Source: Veleropilina oligotropha (taxonomy: Eukaryota). Taken from it: a DNA stretch of 64,000 nt. The position numbers were made by a program, and so were the translations under genes. Position 1 is the first letter of the stretch. Each line of letters opens with the position of its first letter. The DNA is taken from contig JBEUKZ010000108.1 in assembly GCA_048128005.1 (NCBI GenBank), positions 62,001 to 126,000 of the forward strand. Reading direction: 5' to 3'. The notes under the pieces are model-generated. The model did no database searches, had not been told where the DNA came from, and saw only the letters and a list, made by a program, of their open reading frames with translations. Positions 13,801-26,068 of this stretch are shown piece after piece.

Positions 13801-16800
13801 CACAATAACCGACACAATATGAGCCAGACTTACCACAATAACCGACGCAATATGAGCCCGACTTACCACAATAACCGACGCAATATGAGCCCGAATTACC
13901 ACAATAACCGACGCAATATGGGCCAGACTTACTACAATAACCGACGCAATATGAGCCCGACTTACCACAATAACCGACGCAATATGAGCCAGACTTACCA
14001 CAATAACCGACGCAATATGGGCCCGACTTACCACAATAACCGATGCAATATGAGCCCGACTTACTACAATAACAGATGCAATATGAGCCCGACTTACTAC
14101 AATAACTGACGCAATATGGACCCGACTTACTACAATAACAGATACAATATGAGCCAGACTTACCACAATAACCGACGCAATATGAGCCCAACTTACCACA
14201 ATAACCGACGCAATATGAGCCCGACTTACTACAATAACCGACGTAATATGAGCCCAACTTACCACAATAACCGACGCAATATGAGCCCGACTTACCACAA
14301 TAACAGACGCAATATGAGCCCGACGTACCACAATAACCGATGCAATATGAGCCCAACTTACCACAATAACCGACGCAATATGAGCCTGACTTACCACAAT
14401 AACCGACGCAATATGAGCCCGACTTACTACAATAACCGACGTAATATGAGCCCAACTTACCACAATAACCGACGCAATATGGGACCAACGCAGAGTACCC
14501 GACGTAATATGGGCCCGACTTACCACAATAACCGATGCAATATGAGCCCGACTTACTACAATAACAGATGCAATATGAGCCCGACTTACTACAATAACTG
14601 ACGCAATATGGGCCCGACTTACTACAATAACAGATACAATATGAGCCAGACTTACCACAATAACCGACGCAATATGAGCCCGAATTACCACAATAACCGA
14701 CGCAATATGAGCCCGACTTACCACAATAACCGACGCAATATGGGCCCGACTTACGACAAAAACCGATGCAATATGAGCCCGACTTACTACAATAACCGAC
14801 GCAATGTGAGCCCGACCTACCACAATAACCGACGTAATATGGGCCCGACTTACCACAATAACCGACGTAATATGGGCCCGACTTACCACAATAACCGATG
14901 CAATATGAGCCCGACTTACTACAATAACAGATGCAATATGAGCCCGACTTACTACAATAACCGACGCAATATGGGCCCGACTTACCACAATAACCGACAC
15001 AATGAGCCAGACTTACCACAATAACCGACGCAATATGAGCCCGACTTACCACAATAACCGACGCAATATGAGCCCGAATTACCACAATAACCGACGCAAT
15101 ATGGGCCAGACTTACTACAATAACCGACGCAATATGAGCCCGACTTACCACAATAACCGACGCAATATGAGCCAGACTTACCACAATAACCGACGCAATA
15201 TGGGCCCGACTTACCACAATAACCAATGCAATATGAGCCCGACTTACTACAATAACAGATGCAATATGAGCCCGACTTACTACAATAACTGACGCAATAT
15301 GGGCCCGACTTACTACAATAACAGATACAATATGAGCCAGACTTACCACAATAACCGACGCAATATGAGCCCAACTTACCACAATAACCGACGCAATATG
15401 AGCCCGACTTACTACAATAACCGACGTAATATGAGCCCAACTTACCACAATAACCGACGCAATATGAGCCCGACTTACCACAATAACAGACGCAATATGA
15501 GCCCGACGTACCACAATAACCGATGCAATATGAGCCCAACTTACCACAATAACCGACGCAATATGAGCCTGACTTACCACAATAACCGACGCAATATGAG
15601 CCCGACTTACTACAATAACCGACGTAATATGAGCCCAACTTACCACAATAACCGACGCAATATGAGCCCAACTTACCACAATAACCGACGTAATATGGGC
15701 CCGACTTACCACAATAACCGATGCAATATGAGCCCGACTTACTACAATAACAGATGCAATATGAGCCAGACTTACTACAATAACTGACGCAATATGGGCC
15801 CGACTTACTACAATAACAGATACAATATGAGCCAGACTTACCACAATAACCGACGCAATATGAGCCCGAATTACCACAATAACCGACGCAATATGAGCCC
15901 GACTTACCACAATAACCGACGCAATATGGGCCCGACTTACGACAAAAACCGATGCAATATGAGCCCGACTTACTACAATAACCGACGCAATGTGAGCCCG
16001 ACCTACCACAATAACCGACGTAATATGGGCCCGACTTACCACAATAACCGACGTAATATGGGCCCGACTTACCACAATAACCGATGCAATATGAGCCCGA
16101 CTTACTACAATAACAGATGCAATATGAGCCCGACTTACTACAATAACCGACGCAATATGGGCCCGACTTACCACAATAACCGACACAATATGAGCCAGAC
16201 TTACCACAATAACCGACGCAATATGAGCCCGACTTACCACAATAACCGACGCAATATGAGCCCGAATTACCTCAATAACCAACGCAATATGGGCCAGACT
16301 TACTACAATAACCGACGCAATATGAGCCCGACTTACCACAATAACCGACGCAATATGAGCCAGACTTACCACAATAACCGACGCAATATGGGCCCGACTT
16401 ACCACAATAACCGATGCAATATGAGCCCGACTTACTACAATAACAGATGCAATATGAGCCCGACTTACTACAATAACTGACGCAATATGGCCCCGACTTA
16501 CTACAATAACAGATACAATATGAGCCAGACTTACCACAATAACCGACGCAATATGAGCCCAACTTACCACAATAACCGACGCAATATGGGCCCGACTTAC
16601 CACAATAACCGACGCAATATGGGCCCGACTTACCACAATAACCGATGCAATATGAGCCAGACTTACTACAATAACAGATGCAATATGAGCCCGACTTACT
16701 ACAATAACTGACGCAATATGGGCCCGACTTACTACAATAACAGATGCAATATGAGCCCGACTTACTACAATAACCGACGTAATATGAGCCCAACTTACCA

Positions 16801-19800
16801 CAATAACCGACGCAATATGAGCCCAACTTACCACAATAACCGACGTAATATGGGCCCGACTTACCACAATAACCGATGCAATATGAGCCCGACTTACTAC
16901 AATAACAGATGCAATATGAGCCCGACTTACTACAATAACTGACGCAATATGGGCCCGACTTACTACAATAACAGATACAATATGAGCCAGACTTACCACA
17001 ATAACCGACGCAATATGAGCCCGAATTACCACAATAACCGACGCAATATGAGCCCGACTTACCACAATAACCGACGCAATATGGGCCCGACTTACGACAA
17101 AAACCGATGCAATATGAGCCCGACTTACTACAATAACCGACGCAATGTGAGCCCGACCTACCACAATAACCGACGTAATATGGGCCCGACTTACCACAAT
17201 AACCGACGTAATATGGGCCCGACTTACCACAATAACCGATGCAATATGAGCCCGACTTACTACAATAACAGATGCAATATGAGCCCGACTTACTACAATA
17301 ACCGACGCAATATGGGCCCGACTTACCACAATAACCGACACAATGAGCCAGACTTACCACAATAACCGACGCAATATGAGCCCGACTTACCACAATAACC
17401 GACGCAATATGAGCCCGAATTACCACAATAACCGACGCAATATGGGCCAGACTTACTACAATAACCGACGCAATATGAGCCCGACTTACCACAATAACCG
17501 ACGCAATATGAGCCAGACTTACCACAATAACCGACGCAATATGGGCCCGACTTACCACAATAACCGATGCAATATGAGCCCGACTTACTACAATAACAGA
17601 TGCAATATGAGCCCGACTTACTACAATAACTGACGCAATATGGGCCCGACTTACTACAATAACAGATACAATATGAGCCAGACTTACCACAATAACCGAC
17701 GCAATATGAGCCCAACTTACCACAATAACCGACGCAATATGAGCCCGACTTACTACAATAACCGACGTAATATGAGCCCAACTTACCACAATAACCGACG
17801 CAATATGAGCCCGACTTACCACAATAACAGACGCAATATGAGCCCGACGTACCACAATAACCGATGCAATATGAGCCCAACTTACCACAATAACCGACGC
17901 AATATGAGCCTGACTTACCACAATAACCGACGCAATATGAGCCCGACTTACTACAATAACCGACGTAATATGAGCCCAACTTACCACAATAACCGACGCA
18001 ATATGAGCCCAACTTACCACAATAACCGACGTAATATGGGCCCGACTTACCACAATAACCGATGCAATATGAGCCCGACTTACTACAATAACAGATGCAA
18101 TATGAGCCCGACTTACTACAATAACTGACGCAATATGGGCCCGACTTACTACAATAACAGATACAATATGAGCCAGACTTACCACAATAACCGACGCAAT
18201 ATGAGCCCGAATTACCACAATAACCGACGCAATATGAGCCCGACTTACCACAATAACCGACGCAATATGGGCCCGACTTACGACAAAAACCGATGCAATA
18301 TGAGCCCGACTTACTACAATAACCGACGCAATGTGAGCCCGACCTACCACAATAACCGACGTAATATGGGCCCGACTTACCACAATAACCGACGTAATAT
18401 GGGCCCGACTTACCACAATAACCGATGCAATATGAGCCCGACTTACTACAATAACAGATGCAATATGAGCCCGACTTACTACAATAACCGACGCAATATG
18501 GGCCCGACTTACCACAATAACCGACACAATATGAGCCAGACTTACCACAATAACCGACGCAATATGAGCCCGACTTACCACAATAACCGACGCAATATGA
18601 GCCCGAATTACCTCAATAACCAACGCAATATGGGCCAGACTTACTACAATAACCGACGCAATATGAGCCCGACTTACCACAATAACCGACGCAATATGAG
18701 CCAGACTTACCACAATAACCGACGCAATATGGGCCCGACTTACCACAATAACCGATGCAATATGAGCCCGACTTACTACAATAACAGATGCAATATGAGC
18801 CCGACTTACTACAATAACTGACGCAATATGGCCCCGACTTACTACAATAACAGATACAATATGAGCCAGACTTACCACAATAACCGACGCAATATGAGCC
18901 CAACTTACCACAATAACCGACGCAATATGGGCCCGACTTACCACAATAACCGACGCAATATGGGCCCGACTTACCACGATAACCGATGCAATATGAGCCA
19001 GACTTACTACAATAACAGATGCAATATGAGCCCGACTTACTACAATAACTGACGCAATATGGGCCCGACTTACTACAATAACAGATACAATATGAGCCCG
19101 ACTTACTACAATAACCGACGCAATATGAGCCCGACTTACCGCAATAACTGACACAATATGGGCCTGACTTACCACAATAACAGATGCAATATGAGCCCGA
19201 CTTACCACAATAACCGACGCAATATGAGCCTGACTTACCACAATAACAGATGCAATATGAGCCCGACTTACCACAATAACCGACGCAATATGAGCCTGAC
19301 TTACCACAATAACAGATGCAATATGAGCCCAACTTACCACAATAACCGACGCAATATGAGCCTGACTTACCACAATAACAGACGCAATATGGGCCCGACT
19401 TACCACAATAACCGACGCAATATGAGCCCGACTTACTACAATAACTGACGCAATATGGGCCCGACTTACTACAAAAACCGATGCAATATGAGCCAGACTT
19501 ACCACAATAACAGACGCAATATGAGCCTGCCTTACTACAATAACTGACGCAATATGGGCCCGACTTACTACAAAAACAGATGCAATATGAGCCTGACTTA
19601 CCACAATAACAGACGCAATATGAGCCTGACTTACTACAATAACAGACGCAATATGAGCCCAACTTACCACAATAACCGACGCAATATGAGCCTGACTTAC
19701 CACAATAACCGACGCAATATGAGCCCGACTTACCACAATAACCGACGTAATATGAGCCCAACTTACCACAATAACCGACGCAATATGAGCCTGACTTACC

Positions 19801-20054
19801 ACAATAACAGACACAATATGAGCCCGACTTACCACAATAACCGATGCAATATGAGCCCAACTTACCACAATAACCGACGCAATATGAGCCTGACTTACCA
19901 CAATAACCGACGCAATATGAGCCCGACTTACTACAATAACCGACGTAATATGAGCCCAACTTACCACAATAACCGACGCAATATGAGCCCAACTTACCAC
20001 AATAACCGACGTAATATGGGCCCGACTTACCACAATAACCGATGCAATATGAGC

Positions 20055-20538
20055 ACATCACACCAGTCTTAAAATCTCTACACTGGCTACCTGTCCATTC
20101 CCGCATTAACTATTAACTATAAACTCGCTTCTGTATGTTTCTCATTTGTCAATGGCACCGCCCCGAGTTACTTTACCAACATCCTCCACCTCTACACTCC
20201 CTCTCGACAGCTCCGTTCCTCCTCTGACGATCGCATTTTCTGCCTCCCATCCACCCGCACCAAATCTTTCGGTCAACGTTCTTTTCAATATCAAGGTCCC
20301 ACTTTCTGGAACACGCTCCCTTTTTCTGTACGACACTCCACTTCCGTCAGCTCTTTTAAAACTTCTCTAAAAACTGTCCTCTTTCAGTAAATCCACTATT
20401 CACTATTTGTTCTCTTCTATGTATATATGTATAATATTACGCAGTTTTATTATTAATCCTTTTACTGCATTTTGTAAAGCGCCTAGGGCTCACCTGCAGA
20501 TTAGGCGCTATAGAAATCTTCTTTATTATTATTATTAT
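20055..20538 (+). mobile_element. 5'-truncated L2/CR1-type LINE 3' fragment inserted in the satellite
   Basis: Encodes HITPVLKSLHWLPVHSRI (L2/CR1 ORF2 C-terminal motif); 3' stem-loop agcgccta...taggcgct; (TTA)n tail; 7-bp duplication attaact breaks the frame. Confidence 0.88.
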
Positions 20539-21891
20539 TTACTACAAAAACAGATGCAATATGAGCCCGACTTACTACAATAACTGACGCAATATGGGCC
20601 CGACTTACTACAATAACAGATACAATATGAGCCAGACTTACCACAATAACCGACGCAATATGAGCCCGAATTACCACAATAACCGACGCAATATGAGCCC
20701 GACTTACCACAATAACCGACGCAATATGGGCCCGACTTACGACAAAAACCGATGCAATATGAGCCCGACTTACTACAATAACCGACGCAATGTGAGCCCG
20801 ACCTACCACAATAACCGATGTAATATGGGCCCGACTTACCACAATAACCGACGTAATATGGGCCCGACTTACCACAATAACCGATGCAATATGAGCCCGA
20901 CTTACTACAATAACAGATGCAATATGAGCCCGACTTACTACAATAACCGACGCAATATGGGCCCGACTTACCACAATAACCGACACAATATGAGCCAGAC
21001 TTACCACAATAACCGACGCAATATGAGCCGACTTACCACAATAACCGACGCAATATGAGCCCGAATTACCACAATAACCGACGCAATATGGGCCAGACTT
21101 ACTACAATAACCGACGCAATATGAGCCCGACTTACCACAATAACCGACGCAATATGAGCCAGACTTACCACAATAACCGACGCAATATGGGCCCGACTTA
21201 CCACAATAACCGATGCAATATGAGCCCGACTTACTACAATAACAGATGCAATATGAGCCCGACTTACTACAATAACTGACGCAATATGGGCCCGACTTAC
21301 TACAATAACAGATACAATATGAGCCAGACTTACCACAATAACCGACGCAATATGAGCCCAACTTACCACAATAACCGACGCAATATGAGCCCGACATACT
21401 ACAATAACCGATGTAATATGAGCCCAACTTACCACAATAACCGACGCAATATGAGCCCGACTTACCACAATAACAGACGCAATATGAGCCCGACTTACCA
21501 CAATAACCGATGCAATATGAGCCCAACTTACCACAATAACCGACGCAATATGAGCCTGACTTACCACAATAACCGACGCAATATGAGCCCGACTTACTAC
21601 AATAACCGACGTAATATGAGCCCAACTTACCACAATAACCGACGCAATATGAGCCCAACTTACCACAATAACCGACGTAATATGGGCCCGACTTACCACA
21701 ATAACCGATGCAATATGAGCCCGACTTACTACAATAACAGATGCAATATGAGCCCGACTTACTACAATAACTGATGCAATATGGGCCCGACTTACTACAA
21801 TAACAGATACAATATGAGCCAGACTTACCACAATAACCGACGCAATATGAGCCCGAATATGAGGTTTTAATGTAAACCTAATATTAGTATA

Positions 21892-22097
21892 AAACATACT
21901 TACGTCCTTACTCTTGCCATAATAGTATATTATCGCCCAAACCGGAAATGGTGAATATGTCCCATAATGCACCGTTAATAAGCCAAAAAGCACACGGTTA
22001 CCTCCCCTGCTCCTACCCCCCACGTTCCCTAGCGAGACTTCGCCAAGTCTCGTGAGACTTCTGAACAATAGAAGTCACATGACATCAATTCAAAGTT
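21892..22097. repeat. DIRS copy 1 3' ITR (inverted partner at 29100-29305)
   Basis: Reverse complement of 29100-29305; no mismatch seen. Confidence 0.95.
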
Positions 22098-22157
22098 CAA
22101 AAACCACAAAGGAACGTAGTAGAGGGGAGGAATGCGAAACGCAGGGTGGGTAATCGT

Positions 22158-22248
22158 GTAAGGACGTAAGTATGTTTTATACTAATATTAGGTTTACATT
22201 AAAACCTCATATATAGTTACAAACATACTTACGTCCTTACTCTTGCCA
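22158..22248. other. DIRS copy 1 internal complementary region (ICR)
   Basis: Reverse complement of the joined element termini (...gtaactata|tatgagg...). Confidence 0.95.
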
Positions 22249-23083
22249 GAATAACCTTGGATAGGTGGGTAAGACGTTCCTTACAACAAACCCAAACAAG
22301 ATAATGACTTACTTTTCACCAATTCGATCAGCATGAAGCGTCGAGTGTGTCCGCCTAGAGTGGAATTTTTACTGAGTATTATATTCTACTCTTACCAGGC
22401 GAGAATTTCGACCAGTGTTACCGGGAGAATACGCCGTGGTGTTAGTCGGACGAGGTGAACGGAAGTGCAATCAGCCCCTGGCACGGCCGGAAGGATAAAT
22501 CCCTGTAGGTCTTACGTGTCATGGACCAGTGGCAGCCAAATGGGACTCCGGGCCTATAGGCCGGTAGCCAGAGGATGCAGTCGGATTTGTAAGCACACGG
22601 AACCTAACAGGTTGTGAAAGCTTTAAAATCAAAAGCAAAGAATTAATAGATTATTATAATAATCGATATTAATAAATAGTTCGCATGACCAACTTGCGAA
22701 CGCTAACATGGACGACATGTCACTTAAAATAAATTTTAAGGAAGCAAAAATGTTCGACATGTTACTTAAAAATAAATGTTAAGGAATCAACATTTTAAAA
22801 TGTATTGAACATCGTATGTTCGATTACAGCAAAGAACATAATAATATTGAACCCTAATCTTTTTAAGATTTGTGCAAAATTATCAAAGTTGTTTTATTAA
22901 ATTCAATGTGATCTGGCTGTGTCAACACTCAGGTCTGACATGAGAAGTACAAAATCTTAAATTAGATTTAAGAAATGAACAGACATTGAACTGCCCCATA
23001 GGTGTTAATTACATAGCACCGTTTGGCCAACGAAAATAAAATGGCGACAGTAAATATGCAAATGATCAATCAGAGAACAATAC

Positions 23084-26068
23084 TTACTGATTAGAAGACC
23101 TCGGTCTAACAATAACCCTTTGTGCAGCAACACAGTGTAAACTGCTTAGGCCATCAGCCCCGGTTGAGTAGTCGCGCAGATAATGTTTTACAAACACGTT
23201 AGCGTTTTTCAAATATCCGGCCTGTAGTAACGCATTGATATTTAAATTATGTCGGAAGGCTACAGACGCTGCAATGGCCCGGACCTCATGTGCGCGTACC
23301 GATAAAATAGTTCGGTCTTCGTTGTCACAGCGGATGTATACATCTCTCACTGTCTGTGAAATCCACCGCGAAACAGTAGTCCTCGTAATGTCGCGGGTGT
23401 AGGTGGGCAAATACGATATGAATAAACGTAATTTTCCCTGTCGCAACTCACGGGTTCTGTCTAGGTAGAACCGAAGCGCCCGGACCGGGCAATTGAAGCG
23501 GTCTGCGTCGCGCCTTCCGACTAGCGTTAGCTTGGGAATAACAACATCGGGTGCGTCCTCGTTCGGCCGCTGGTTCTTGGCTAAGAAGCCCAGAATGGGA
23601 CGCAGTATCACCGACCCGTCTGACTGGAATCGTATGTCTCTTAGCTCGGAGGAGAAAGCATGAATCTCGGAACAACGCCTGCCCGACGCTAAGGCGATCA
23701 GAAAAACTGTTTTGTGCGTCAAGTTCCTCATGGTTATCTCGGACATCGGCTCATACGGGGGTAAGAGTAATGCGTTAAGAATAAGTACGATATTCCAGGC
23801 AGGTGGCTTAATTCTTCGGGTCGGTATCTCGAGTTCATAAGATCGTATAAAATCTGATATCGTTCGGTCGCTTGATAGGCCAGCATGGGCACGACACTGC
23901 TTTAGCGTGGTCGCGATCGTTGCCCGATAGCCTTTGACGGCGGACACTGACATACCGCGGTCGAAGAGCGACGATAAAAACTCGATAAACTTGTTCACAG
24001 GGGGACGGAGTATATTGATCTGCCTGCTGTGACACCAATCCACGTACTTAACCCATCGGTAGTCATAGACTTTTGTAGTGGAAATCCTTCTCGATCGGTA
24101 GATACGTAAGGCTGTAGCTTTAGAAAATCCTTTCTTAGCAAGGGATCGTTCGATAACCGCCAGGCGTGTAAACGTAAGTGGTTCGGCGACTCGTGGAGTA
24201 CACGGGTGCGTGGTTGCATTAACAGGTCTAGTTTCTGCGGTAACGCTAACGGTCGATCGACGATCAGATCGAGGAGGGTCGGAAACCAAGGTTGCGTGCG
24301 ATACAGGGGCGCTATTAGCGTTATCTCGCAACGTTCGGTCGCTGCCTTCTGTAATACCAGTGATAGAATGCACGTCGGGGGGAAGGCATACGCGGACAGA
24401 TTCTCCCATGTCATTGACATTGCGTCGACCGCCAGGGCGGCCGGGTCTGGGTACGGGGAGACATACAGAGGTAGTCGGTAATTGAATTCTGTTGCAAACA
24501 AGTCGACTTGGGGTTGCGACCACCGGCGGCAAACCTCCCGAGCTACTCGGCTGTGTAGCGTCCACTCTGTGTGTATTATCTGTGATCTCCGAGAGAGCGA
24601 ATCCGCTCTGACATTCAGCTTTCCCGGGATGTGTCGGGCTCGAATCGTCGAGTTGAGGGACATCACTAAGCGGTGTCGGTCTATTGCTCGGTCGCATAGG
24701 GGACGCGAGCGTGTACCGCCCTGGTGCTGTATGTAAGCGACGACAGTCGTGTTGTCCGTGGCGAGCATTATATGCTTGTTGCGGAGATGTGACGAGAGGG
24801 ACCGTACTGACAGGTAGACGGCTTCTAACTCTAGGAAGTTGATATGTCGTCCCTGAAGGTCTGTCGGCCATAGGCCTGATGTCTCGTAACTGTCGAGGTG
24901 ACCACCCCAGCCGTCGTTCGAAGCGTCTGTGAACAGGTAAGCGTTCGGCTCTGGTGGGGATATAGGAACCGACTGGTCCGGCAAAGCGGGGTTCAACCAC
25001 ACTGCTGTCGTGTCGGTAAACCAATGCCGTAGATCGATGCGATCCTTCCACTGCCCCGTCCGTTGTATCCAGCGATCCCTGAAAGCCTGTTGTAACGGTC
25101 TTTTGTCCATGCGACCCGTCGGTAGCAGGGGCGCTACCGACTCGATGTGCCCCAGGACAGTGGCCAGTTGTCGCGCCGTAGTTATGTCCGATGACAGGGT
25201 GTCTTGGATAACCGCGCGTAGGTTCCGCATACGCTTCTGGGTCGGCTTCGCGGTGTACCGGACCGTATCGAAGTCGACTCCGAAGAACGTAAACGTCGTC
25301 GAGGGCACGAAGCAGGATTTTGTCTCGTTGATCTGAAATCCCAGGCGCTTCGTCGATGACAGGGTAAAGCTCGTAGACCGGAGGCACAGATCTCGGGACG
25401 CCCCGAGGATCAGCCAGTCGTCGAGGTACATATGTACCCTGTGCCCTAGAGAGTGTAGGAAGGCCCCCAGGGCCTGTACTGTTCTCGTGAAGACGTACGG
25501 GGCTGACGATAGACCGAACGGTAGGCACCTGAATTGGTAGATCGTCTCCCCGTGTATAAACCGAAGGTACTGATGAGCCGTGATATGCATCGGGACATGC
25601 AGATACGCGTCGGCGAGATCGATAGACGCTGCCCAGTCGCCCGGACGGATGGCCGCTCGAATCTTCGAGAGGGTTTCTTGCTGGAATTTCTCGGTACGAA
25701 GATATAGGTTTAGGTACGAGAGATCGAGGATCGGTCTCCAGCGGCCATCGGGTTTCGGGACCAGGAAGAAATGGCTGTAAAATCCTGGTGTGCTGGGCGG
25801 CGCGGGATATATCGCTCTTTTTAGGAGCAAATCCCGCACTGCCTGGTCTAAGACCGCTTGTTTCTCTCCGTTTAGGAGGCGAGCGTGTCTTGTTGGTGGT
25901 GCCTCGGTTAAGGTCGGATGCCGGTTGAATGCCAACTTGTATCCGGCACTCACGACTAAGTGGACCCAGTTGCTGTCTGTCAGCTCTAGCCAGGGCTGGC
26001 TGTGTGCTAACAGGCACGCTCCCACCGGCGGGAGCGGGCAACTGGGGCCGTCGCGAATGCCGGCAGCC
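23084..26068 (-). CDS. DIRS tyrosine recombinase ORF with long N-terminal extension overlapping pol; W->L at the H/W catalytic position
   Basis: ALASGRRCSEI (R), AHEVR (HxxR), GYLKNANVFVKHY (Y); frame open from just after the gag stop; the ORF-track start is TTG, not ATG. Confidence 0.92.
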   Translation of the reverse strand, partial: GCRHSRRPQLPAPAGGSVPVSTQPALARADRQQLGPLSRECRIQVGIQPASDLNRGTTNKTRSPPKRRETSGLRPGSAGFAPKKSDISRAAQHTRILQPFLPGPETRWPLETDPRSLVPKPISSYREIPARNPLEDSSGHPSGRLGSVYRSRRRVSACPDAYHGSSVPSVYTRGDDLPIQVPTVRSIVSPVRLHENSTGPGGLPTLSRAQGTYVPRRLADPRGVPRSVPPVYELYPVIDEAPGISDQRDKILLRALDDVYVLRSRLRYGPVHREADPEAYAEPTRGYPRHPVIGHNYGATTGHCPGAHRVGSAPATDGSHGQKTVTTGFQGSLDTTDGAVEGSHRSTALVYRHDSSVVEPRFAGPVGSYIPTRAERLPVHRRFERRLGWSPRQLRDIRPMADRPSGTTYQLPRVRSRLPVSTVPLVTSPQQAYNARHGQHDCRRLHTAPGRYTLASPMRPSNRPTPLSDVPQLDDSSPTHPGKAECQSGFALSEITDNTHRVDATQPSSSGGLPPVVATPSRLVCNRIQLPTTSVCLPVPRPGRPGGRRNVNDMGESVRVCLPPDVHSITGITEGSDRTLRDNANSAPVSHATLVSDPPRSDRRSTVSVTAETRPVNATTHPCTPRVAEPLTFTRLAVIERSLAKKGFSKATALRIYRSRRISTTKVYDYRWVKYVDWCHSRQINILRPPVNKFIEFLSSLFDRGMSVSAVKGYRATIATTLKQCRAHAGLSSDRTISDFIRSYELEIPTRRIKPPAWNIVLILNALLLPPYEPMSEITMRNLTHKTVFLIALASGRRCSEIHAFSSELRDIRFQSDGSVILRPILGFLAKNQRPNEDAPDVVIPKLTLVGRRDADRFNCPVRALRFYLDRTRELRQGKLRLFISYLPTYTRDITRTTVSRWISQTVRDVYIRCDNEDRTILSVRAHEVRAIAASVAFRHNLNINALLQAGYLKNANVFVKHYLRDYSTGADGLSSLHCVAAQRVIVRPRSSNQ
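23995..26025 (-). CDS. DIRS pol: reverse transcriptase, RNase H and N6-adenine methyltransferase-like domain
   Basis: WRPILDL, SIDLADAYLH, LPFGL, YLDD; FTDAS, INFLEL, TDN (RNase H); VDLFA and YAFPP (MT-like); no ATG before RT motif A. Confidence 0.95.
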   Translation of the reverse strand: MGACLLAHSQPWLELTDSNWVHLVVSAGYKLAFNRHPTLTEAPPTRHARLLNGEKQAVLDQAVRDLLLKRAIYPAPPSTPGFYSHFFLVPKPDGRWRPILDLSYLNLYLRTEKFQQETLSKIRAAIRPGDWAASIDLADAYLHVPMHITAHQYLRFIHGETIYQFRCLPFGLSSAPYVFTRTVQALGAFLHSLGHRVHMYLDDWLILGASRDLCLRSTSFTLSSTKRLGFQINETKSCFVPSTTFTFFGVDFDTVRYTAKPTQKRMRNLRAVIQDTLSSDITTARQLATVLGHIESVAPLLPTGRMDKRPLQQAFRDRWIQRTGQWKDRIDLRHWFTDTTAVWLNPALPDQSVPISPPEPNAYLFTDASNDGWGGHLDSYETSGLWPTDLQGRHINFLELEAVYLSVRSLSSHLRNKHIMLATDNTTVVAYIQHQGGTRSRPLCDRAIDRHRLVMSLNSTIRARHIPGKLNVRADSLSRRSQIIHTEWTLHSRVAREVCRRWSQPQVDLFATEFNYRLPLYVSPYPDPAALAVDAMSMTWENLSAYAFPPTCILSLVLQKAATERCEITLIAPLYRTQPWFPTLLDLIVDRPLALPQKLDLLMQPRTRVLHESPNHLRLHAWRLSNDPLLRKDFLKLQPYVSTDREGFPLQKSMTTDGLSTWIGVTAGRSIYSVPL

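Noticed and set aside
22250..23083. Hammerhead ribozyme in the DIRS 3' region
   Set aside because: No CUGANGA...GAAA core found by eye on either strand
23084..26041. Prokaryotic retron, DGR or phage integrase-methylase system
   Set aside because: RT, RNase H, MT-like and YR with ITR/ICR is the established DIRS1 architecture
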